From NCBI GenBank assembly GCA_051294375.1, contig JBJCIZ010000424.1:1-7013 (forward strand): a stretch of 7,013 bases of DNA. Reading direction: 5' to 3'. A program made the position numbers and the translations under genes. Below the pieces are notes generated by a model that made no database searches, was not told where the DNA came from, and worked only from the letters and a program-made list of their open reading frames with translations. Origin of the DNA: Paraspadella gotoi. Taxonomy: Eukaryota; Animalia; Chaetognatha. Within the stretch, counting starts at the first letter, position 1. Each line of letters opens with the position of its first letter. Positions 1-6,860 of this stretch are shown one piece after another.

Positions 1-249
1 TTACTTGTATTTTTTAAATTATCCGCAAGGGACAGCAAGCCCTAACTGGTCAATGAGCTCACACCGCCATGAGAAAATAAGAAACATCATCCGAGTCGGT
101 CGAACGATGGACCAATATCGTAGTCCTAACCGTGCCGGATCACTCCGTATAATCTCGCCCCAGTTTTGAATTAATGGAACAGGTATTTCATGGTAATTAT
201 CCTCTTCTTTTTTCGTTGTTTGAGACGATTAACAACAGTAATATATATA

Positions 250-403
250 TATTTTGCAACAAATCTTTCAATTTTACAAGAGCAGACCCATGTCGGGCTA
301 CAATTACGAGCCCTTTCATCAGCGCATATGAAGTTGAAAGGCTCGTATTGCTGGCCGACACACATGTCTGCTCTTGTAAAAATAAACTTCCGTTGCAAAA
401 ATA
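250..403. repeat. Long imperfect inverted repeat (foldback hairpin), ~69-bp arms, ~16-nt loop
   Basis: Left arm 250-318 (tattttgcaac...ttttacaagagcagac...caattacgagccctttca) matches the reverse complement of 335-403 (tgaaaggctcgtattg...gtctgctcttgtaaaa...gttgcaaaaata). The 16-mer ttttacaagagcagac pairs perfectly. Confidence 0.92.
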
Positions 404-684
404 AAATCAAACTTTGTTAATTAATGAACAATATACATGAGATCTCTTCTACACATACATAATTTTTTGCTATAAATATATTCAAAATAATTATTAGCGT
501 AACACACTTGATATTGAACTAATCCACTTATTTGTGACTCTGTATTTTTGGTTTCGATCATGTTGGCTGACTTTTCTTAAAAATGATGTTCAGATTTTGG
601 AACAAGTTGTTTTAATATCAACAAACAAACAATAGGCAACGATGACGAATATAAAATATCTCTTTACATTTATAAGGAGAAGCG

Positions 685-1227
685 TGAAATTAATTATTAA
701 TTTCCGAGATTAAAACTATAGAAACGTGNNNNNNNNNNGTTTAAAAACCCCCACCTGAGTTAAAAGCAGAGGCAACTTTTCCCTCCCGTGACATTTAAAA
801 CATTTGGTAAACTAAAACAAGACAGATATTAAATTTCCCCCTTTTTTCCCCCATTCTTTCCGCTCGTCGCCGGTTGACTCCGCGGACCGTCGCACTTTAT
901 TCCATATTGCGCACATGTCGGCCGCCACGAGCGTCAAAACACCACTAGTCCACTACCATACTATCTTTTCATCGACTAATAAATGAAAACTTACTCAGGA
1001 AAATTGAAATGGTAAGCTGATTTCTATGAATGTACTCATACGAATGTACAAGTTTTATTTAAAATAAAAAATATATATTTTTTTAAAAGTTATGTAACAA
1101 TTGGTGCATTTTTCAACAATAATTATTATCTAATAAAAGAAAACACATGGTACTACAGGTATTTAGATCCATTTGACAGATTATCTTCAGAAATAAACAA
1201 AGAGAGAGAGACAGCAATAAATCAGTG
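685..1227 (+). repeat. ~540-bp direct repeat, copy A (mate at 2570-3097), truncated by a 25-N gap
   Basis: Colinear with 2570-3097 from tgaaattaattattaatttccgag to gagagagacagcaataaatc. Differences are mostly 1-3 bp indels. Confidence 0.95.
729..738. other. Assembly gap (10 N)
   Basis: Run of 10 N. The corresponding sequence in copy B reads approximately attaaaaacca. Confidence 1.
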
Positions 1228-1252
1228 NNNNNNNNNNNNNNNNNNNNNNNNN
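1228..1252. other. Assembly gap (25 N)
   Basis: Run of 25 N. Confidence 1.
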
Positions 1253-2407
1253 GCAGTACACACCAGTCCGTGGCGAGAGTAAATATACTACCTTCGCACC
1301 AGGACCTCCCACAAATGCTGGTATAACCGGGTAACGAGAAGCAGAGCGGGTCCCGGCGAGGACATGCGCGGGCGATATAGGTCTTGCTGTATTATCTCTT
1401 TTCCTTATATAGCGCTGTATCAAGATTGACGACATCGTCGTAATGCGTGACTATGAATCTCTCTCCTCTTCTTCATGTTTCTCCTCTCGTGTTCCAAACT
1501 TGTCTGCGTGTATCATATAAAAATCCGCTGTGCAGTTGGGGGAATTGAACAGGAACCGGCCGCCACTGTGGTCGAGAGCAGCGCAGAATGAGCAGCCCTA
1601 CGGACAAAATGCTCCCGCGACGACCGAGAACGGCCCTGCGATGCAATCGGAAATTTTGATTCGTTCCATTAGGTACGTTTAAACGTGTTTCACGATCCCC
1701 GTGCAAAACCGGATCTGTGAAAATATCGGGCTGACCCCGATAAAAGCCACGGATAAATCAAAGGCGTAGAAGGCTCGTGTTAACTGCGGGCAGAGTCAAT
1801 GATACAATCTAACAGAAAATCACTCACCATTCTTAATCGTGTCTAAATTGATAAGCTAACTAGAGTGATCTGAGAGTCGTGAAGAAACACACCAATCAAG
1901 AAATGAGAACGGATGCTAAGTCAGTAAATTCCTTTGATGTCATTCTATTGGAGGGTAAACATTCAATCTTCATCGACACACTCCGTTTCCCACAAGTATG
2001 AGTTAGCCTAAAAAATACCAGTCCTTCTCTGCTTATGGACGTCTTAGAGACATGTCCTGTCGGTTTCGAATTCCGTCAAAATCAAGAGGTTTCTGGGAGC
2101 TGAGATTCGGGAACCCCGCACTGGTTTTCCGATGCGGTTTAACTCAGATGGTGCTTCTCGTCTCGTCTCCTCTAGCGCGTCTGGCATAACGACTTCCAAT
2201 AGACGAAAAGGTTTCGAACTCCAATCTGGTTAGATATACCAGGAATGTAAACGAGAATAATCTGTGCAAAAAGTCAAGAAAAAAAAACGCGAAATCAGTA
2301 AGGAAAATCACAAACCGCAACTAGATGAGCGCGAAAAAAGAAAATTGAAGGCTTACCAGTACATGCCCCGGATGGGGACGAAGACGCCGGGCTTGGGAAT
2401 TTGCCGG

Positions 2408-2437
2408 GCTCCCATTGGTCAGGGCCGGTCACGTGAC
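2408..2437 (-). promoter_or_regulatory. E-box (GTCACGTGAC) plus CCAAT box module, oriented leftward
   Basis: Perfect 10-bp palindrome gtcacgtgac at 2428-2437. The minus strand reads CACGTG-11 nt-CCAATGGGAGC in a GC-rich patch. A minus-strand ATGTACTG|GTAAG lies just downstream (~2352-2364). Confidence 0.35.
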
Positions 2438-2569
2438 AGGCATTCTCCTGGTTTTTCTTTTTGCATCTTTTCGATGTATTTGTTCGTTTTCTTACCTCTG
2501 ATAAACGCGCGAATCTATCGACTAGCGCGAACAAAGGGGCATGTTTTTCGATGCGAGGACAGACCGATA

Positions 2570-3097
2570 TGAAATTAATTATTAATTTCCGAGGATTAAA
2601 ACTATAGAAACGTGATTAAAAACCATTTAAAAACCCCCACCTGAGTTAAAAAGCAGAGGCAACTTTTCCCTCCCTCCGTGACATTTTAAAACATTGGTAA
2701 ACTAAAAAAAGACAGATATTAATTTCCCCCTTTTTCCCCCATTCTTCGTCGCTCGATCGCCGGTGACTCCGCGGACGTCGATTACTTTAATTCCATATTG
2801 GAACGCACATGTCGGCCGCCACGAGCGTGCAAAACCCAGTCACTACCATTATTTCTTTTCATCGACTAATAAATGAAACTTACTCAGGAAAATTGAAATG
2901 GTAAGCTGTTTTTCTTGATTACTCATACGAATGTACAAGTTTTATTTAAAATAAAAATATATATTTTTTTTAAAGTTATGTACAATTGGTTGATTTTCAA
3001 TAATTATTATCTTAATAGAAAACACATGGTACTCAGGTATTTAGATCCATTGACAGATTACTCAGATAAAAAAGAGAGAGAGACAGCAATAAATCTG
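2570..3097 (+). repeat. ~530-bp direct repeat, copy B (mate at 685-1227)
   Basis: Matches copy A. This copy continues into the putative recombinase region. Confidence 0.95.
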
Positions 3098-3673
3098 ACT
3101 AATATACATCTTCCCTCATGTCTCTTTATTGGTGAATCTTTTTTAAATGAAAATTATGACAAGAGGGAAAGAAATAGTAAAAAAAGGCAATCTGTCCTTG
3201 ATGACGACTGCAACCCGTTACCACAATGATTTTGTTGACCTCAACAGGACTGCGACTTGATTCTGAAAGTAATGAAAAGTAAAAACAATAATAATAATAA
3301 ATAATATTGTTATATTAGCAATATAATTTGAACAAGAAAAAAATTGTTACCAAACAAAGTTTCGTGTCGGTCTTTTCCTTATCCCAAAACTTGCCATCTT
3401 TAATTCCTATAAAAACAAGAAAATTAATTGTAAAATCGATTGAAAAACCAATTCAACACAATTCATATAAAATAGTAACAAATATGATGACATATATTAG
3501 CGCATAAAAATCAGAAATGGGAAAAAATAAGATGTCAGTCTTGAAATATCATTAAAAATGATCTAGTAATAATTCTTTTAGTTATTCAATTTATTACATT
3601 ATATTTATACTTAATAACCTGGAATGACTAATATTGTAATTGTAATACGAAAACTAAAACATATTTAACATAA
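2898..3673 (+). pseudogene. Putative tyrosine recombinase/integrase, frameshifted by decay or sequencing indels, possibly spliced
   Basis: 3226-3267 encodes MILLTSTGLRLDSE, resembling the Box I L-x-x-T-G-x-R-x-x-E motif, followed after a shift by VMK. ~3328-3507 reads LNKKKIVTKQ...LIPIKTRK. 3571-3588 reads NSFSYS at a Box II-like position, and 3641-3670 reads CNTKTKTYLT, resembling the T-x-x-Y catalytic Tyr motif. ATG|GTAAG at 2898-2905 has a candidate acceptor at 3017-3018. Motifs were recognised by eye only, and the Box II Arg and His are not cleanly readable. Confidence 0.5.
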
Positions 3674-3706
3674 AAAAAGATTGTAGAAGAGAAATAAAAA
3701 TCTTAC

Positions 3707-4300
3707 CATTTAATGAAAATTTTATCGGGCAATGCATTAGTTCACCCCGGTTCTAAAGTAGGAGGGAGGGAGGTGGGGAAGAGGAGAGGGCGAGGCGGCG
3801 TCTCGGGTAATGTTTTTCCACGTTTTGCGGTCGAAGTTTCTAGTTGAGGCGAGACATTTTGAGTTCTGAGACCGGGTCCCGCCGGCCGGGAGGCGGAGGC
3901 GAGAGGGTGGGGACATCGATTTCGTCGTCGACGCCATCGTTGACGCCCTCGTCACCGTCTAGGGATTTCCAGGNNNNNNNNNNNNNNNNNNNNNNNNNCG
4001 CCCTCGTCACCGTTTAGGATTTCCAGGCGGATTTAGGGAGAAATTGAGACGTTTTCCGTTCCGCGTCTGGAAATTTGATTTTATACGAGATACGGCGCCG
4101 TAAGGGGACATTGACACCGCCGCATCAAACGTAAATGAAGGCGGCGTGGCGGAGAGCATTTGGGATGAAAGTGCATAGCTCTCGTTGCGTAGACGTCGCT
4201 TTTGGCTGGATGCCTGCTGCCAGATCCAAAGCTCTTGACTGCATGAACATTAGAGTGGAGTGATGACAAGATTGAACGATGGAACAATGTTTTTTTACTG
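3707..4300 (-). other. GC-rich island, probable frameshifted coding sequence of unknown product
   Basis: Sharp GC rise between very AT-rich flanks. One minus frame reads KKHCSIVQSCHHSTLMFMQSRALDLAAG...IYV*CGG...KFPDAERKTSQFLPKSAWKS and continues across the duplicated gap as WKSLDGDEGVNDGVDDEIDVPTLSPPPPGRRDPVSELK. A possible donor G|GTAAG lies at 3702-3707. Confidence 0.3.
3944..4027 (+). repeat. ~30-bp duplication on both sides of a 25-N gap (3974-3998), likely an assembly overlap
   Basis: cgccctcgtcaccgtctagggatttccagg (3944-3973) versus cgccctcgtcaccgtttaggatttccagg (3999-4027). Confidence 0.9.
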
Positions 4301-4685
4301 CCCTTGTATATGTAATGAAAAATAATTAAGCCTTTTTTTTTTTAAATGTTGCATAACAATAACAAATTGAATTTTGTTTGTAGTAATATCTTTATAAAAT
4401 TATAAAATTTCCAAATAATTTTTTTTATTTTAATTTTATAAAATATGCTTTATGATATTTTTAGATTAAAACTGCTAAAAATAAATAAAACGTTTCATCA
4501 TATAATAGTTTCTACTACAGAACGTGAAAAAGTAAAAAATTTTAACCTTTTTTTATTTTTGATGCTGAAGACCTTGAAATTTTTATTAACATTTTATATT
4601 TTTGATCTAACTTTTTATATAAAAACTGAATGTTTTATAAAAATTGACAAAAATTATTTTGAAAAATTATTATTTTGTAAGGATA

Positions 4686-4847
4686 TTACTTGTTTGTTAA
4701 CTCAAATAATGTTCGCCAGCGCTCTACTCTAATGAACATGCTGTCTCGCTGTCGCCACGAGGTGATACCGTTGCGGGTGTGGCGCCCTGTAAAACCAGCC
4801 TCTTCAAACTTGCTGTTTAATATTTTGGATACTCTTATTTGATCCAT
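4686..4847 (-). CDS. Small hypothetical protein or terminal exon, 53 aa: MDQIRVSKILNSKFEEAGFTGRHTRNGITSWRQRDSMFIRVERWRTLFELTNK
   Basis: The open frame coincides with a GC-elevated patch. A strong acceptor TTTTGATTTTAG (4872-4861) lies 13 nt upstream of the ATG, with a candidate donor GTATGA near 4992 and a TATA/Inr at 5153/5119. Confidence 0.45.
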   Translation of the reverse strand: MDQIRVSKILNSKFEEAGFTGRHTRNGITSWRQRDSMFIRVERWRTLFELTNK

Positions 4848-5116
4848 CGTGATCTGGTAACTAAAATCAAAATATAAAATAAATATTCAGAAATGAAAAG
4901 ATATCAAGATATCTATTATCAAAAACCCAATATCAAGTACATAGAATTATTAAAATTAATCATGGAAAAACGACTGCTGATGCAGGTCATACTTTGTAAA
5001 CCCTCGTCACAAAGAATTGAGTCGTTGATTTGATATAATTAATTCTACGTTTCATCAAGTAAAGAACCCCCTTCTTGACCTAGTGGAGAGGGAGAAAACG
5101 TTAGGAGAGAAACTAT

Positions 5117-5185
5117 ACTGAAAAACGGGATCGCGGGCGCCGTAATGTTTATAAATAGTCTCTTATCCACTTGGTGAAATTTAGT
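5117..5185. promoter_or_regulatory. Putative bidirectional core promoter (palindromic TATA with an initiator on each side)
   Basis: TTTATAAA at 5148-5155 gives TATAAA on both strands. Minus-strand TCAGT at 5121-5117 has its A 34 nt from the TATA start. Plus-strand TTAGT at 5181-5185 has its A 33 nt from the TATA start. A GATA site (cttatc) is at 5162-5167. Confidence 0.4.
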
Positions 5186-5481
5186 ATCTTAATAAAATAT
5201 AGCAACCGCAATATCTATATCAGACACAAATAATAATTATTAATCACTACGAAATACGAACAATACAATTAATCACAGAATAATATGGAATAAATACGGA
5301 AGACGACGAAGACTTATAAACGTTTATTAGTCCAAAGAGTCTTGTTTAAACGCCGAATCCTGTATTATCGCGAAATGACATGATGAACGGAAATGGGAGA
5401 AAAAGGATCATTTGGGTTATTGATAGTCGTCTGGACTTAACACCATTCGGTGAATTGAAAGTCCCCATGAAGAATTGGCAT

Positions 5482-6086
5482 AAAAAATCTACCGAGGTCG
5501 TACCAACGATCGAACCTGATCGGTGGTGCTTTAAAATGAACCAATGGGAGCGAGAAACTGAGAAGACTCCAGTGTTGAACGATGATTGGCCGATTCAAAA
5601 CTGCATTGTAAAATACGACTTTTAATGATAATACTATATCTTAATGTAGTAGATTTGTCTGGTATATACAATATTTTATAATAGAAAACTTAAATAATAT
5701 AAAATTATTAGTATTTATTGTCAACGGGCGTTTTGTCCAAACTCGGGCTCTGATTGGTTTAGATTCAACCGACAGACTTCGCTTTCATTGGTTCGTTTTT
5801 AAAGCACCCAACCGTTGAGGTTCGATCGTTGGTACGACCTCGGTAGATTTTTTCTGAGATCGCCCGTAAAAGCTTAATGTAGTAGATTTGTCTGGTATAT
5901 ACAATATTTTATAATAGAAAACTTAAATAATATAAAATTATTAGTATTTATTGTCAAACGGGCGTTTTGTCCAAACTCGGGCTCTGATTGGTTTAGAATC
6001 AACTGACAACTTCGCTTTCATTGGTTCGTTTTTAGAGCAGTCCACCGATCAGGTTCGATCGTTGATACGACCTCGGTAGATTTTTT
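5482..6086. mobile_element. MITE-like non-autonomous DNA transposon with ~73-bp terminal inverted repeats; the right TIR is present twice
   Basis: 5482-5554 (aaaaaatctaccgaggtcgtaccaacgatcgaacctgatcggtggtgctttaaaatgaaccaatgggagcgag) is the reverse complement of ~5778-5853 and ~6011-6086. The core is AT-rich and non-coding. Confidence 0.75.
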
Positions 6087-6104
6087 CTGAGATCGCCGTA
6101 GAAG
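5640..6104 (+). repeat. Tandem duplication, 2 x ~233 bp
   Basis: cttaatgtagtagatttgtctgg... starts at 5640 and again at 5873. The copies are near-identical in the AT-rich half and slightly diverged in the TIR half. Confidence 0.95.
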
Positions 6105-6160
6105 CTGAATTCTGGATGAAACAAAAGAACAAGGTTAATTTCGACAACGAATCTGTAGAG

Positions 6161-6327
6161 ATAGAAAGGATATCATGGTAGAAAAATATAGCCCAAAATT
6201 ACAAATTTTCCCAGGAAAATTTCAAATTTAGTACGAGCAAAAAAAATATATTTATAAATAGAAAGGAGATCGTGGTAGAAAAATACAGTCCAAAGTTTTC
6301 AAATTTTCCCGGGAAAATTTGTAATTT
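6161..6327 (+). repeat. Two ~69-bp direct repeats (period 97), each containing a palindrome
   Basis: atagaaaggatatcatggtagaaaaata... at 6161 and atagaaaggagatcgtggtagaaaaata... at 6258. A perfect 22-bp palindrome CAAATTTTCCCGGGAAAATTTG lies at 6300-6321. Confidence 0.88.
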
Positions 6328-6352
6328 TCTTGTTATTATTGGCTTCGGCCAA

Positions 6353-6390
6353 AGAGAGAGAGAGAGAGGAAGAGAGAGAGAGAAAGAAAG
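6353..6390. repeat. Imperfect (AG)n microsatellite / polypurine tract
   Basis: agagagagagagagaggaagagagagagagaaagaaag. Confidence 0.9.
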
Positions 6391-6406
6391 AATCTCTTTT
6401 TTTTCT

Positions 6407-6772
6407 ACAAATTTTTTCTGAAAACCGGAGTGAAGAGCGAAGTTTTGGCCGGAAAATTTGCAACTCGGTCAAGGAGAATTTCGAAATTCTCACAGTCAGA
6501 CCACATGAAGGAACTAAAGGAATAACATATAACTAACTACTTCCACAAATTTTTTCTGAAACCGGAGTGAAGAGCGAAGTTTTGGCCGGAAATTTGCAAC
6601 TCGGTCAAGGAGAATTTCGAAATTCTCACAGTCAGACCACATAAAGGAACTAAAGGAATAACATATAACTAACTACTTCCACAAATTTTTTCTGGAACCG
6701 GAGTCCGGCGCGAACTTCTGGCCGGAAAATTTCAACCTGGTCAAGGAGAATTTCGAAACTCTCACGGACCAC
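6407..6772 (+). repeat. Tandem repeat, ~137-bp unit, ~2.7 copies, each with an 18-bp palindrome
   Basis: Units start acaaattttttctg at 6407, 6545 and 6681. GAGAATTTCGAAATTCTC occurs at 6474-6491 and 6610-6627, with a one-mismatch copy at 6746-6763. Confidence 0.95.
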
Positions 6773-6844
6773 CCCCACTTAACCCTCTTAACCCACCCTT
6801 CACTCCGGACACCCACATGGGTTACTATGGCCAACGCTCCGGCC

Positions 6845-6860
6845 ACTAATACTTACTACT
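6845..6860. mobile_element. Possible Polinton/Maverick-like element terminus (...ACTAATACTTACTACT-3')
   Basis: The minus strand reads 5'-AGTAGTAAGTATTAGT. It follows a C-rich tract and tandem repeats. No partner terminus is present in the window. Confidence 0.25.

Larger units (their letters stand above)
5380..6181 (+). pseudogene. Small ORF apparently interrupted by the MITE-like insertion
   Basis: 5380-5481 (MMNGNGRKRIIWVIDSRLDLTPFGELKVPMKNWH) ends exactly at the left inverted repeat. 6086-6181 (SEIAVEAEFWMKQKNKVNFDNESVEIERISW*) starts at the end of the right repeat. Joining 5481 to 6086 is in frame. Confidence 0.3.

Noticed and set aside
199-229. Loose resemblance to a SMRTbell adapter (also at ~1457-1493)
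   Set aside because: The match is only partial and the flanks are not inverted copies of each other, so it cannot be supported.
171-420. Three overlapping ORFs of 76-79 aa
   Set aside because: They coincide with the foldback and show no recognisable protein features.
1187-2260. ORFs 1187-1435 and 1473-1706, and possible rRNA/tRNA in the mid-GC block
   Set aside because: One ORF runs through Ns. I recognised no motifs, conserved rRNA segments or cloverleaf, and the block may be low-quality gap fill.
2048-2546. p53-like half sites (AGACATGTCC at ~2048, GGGCATGTTT at ~2537)
   Set aside because: These are isolated half sites, not paired, and are expected by chance.
2264-2572. ORFs 2264-2572 (+) and 2295-2534 (-)
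   Set aside because: Their composition is driven by A and T runs, they use non-ATG starts, and no domain is evident.
3503-3520. Alternative HxxR (HKIR after deleting one A) for the recombinase
   Set aside because: It lies about 50 codons from the candidate Tyr, too far for a typical Box II.
4445-4732. 95-aa plus-strand ORF
   Set aside because: Extremely AT-rich F/L/K/I low-complexity sequence, typical of non-coding DNA.
4760-4815. YR Box II-like look of EEAGFTGRHTRNG in the 53-aa ORF
   Set aside because: The spacing is HxR rather than HxxR and there is no downstream Tyr.
6299-6536. ORFs 6299-6493 and 6330-6536
   Set aside because: They are translations of the AG microsatellite and the tandem repeat.
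6407-6772. CRISPR-like interpretation of the regularly spaced palindromes
   Set aside because: The intervening sequences are identical rather than unique spacers, there are no cas genes, and the context looks eukaryotic.
6779-6794. TTAACCC twice, resembling a piggyBac end
   Set aside because: No matching GGGTTAA partner or transposase was seen in the window.
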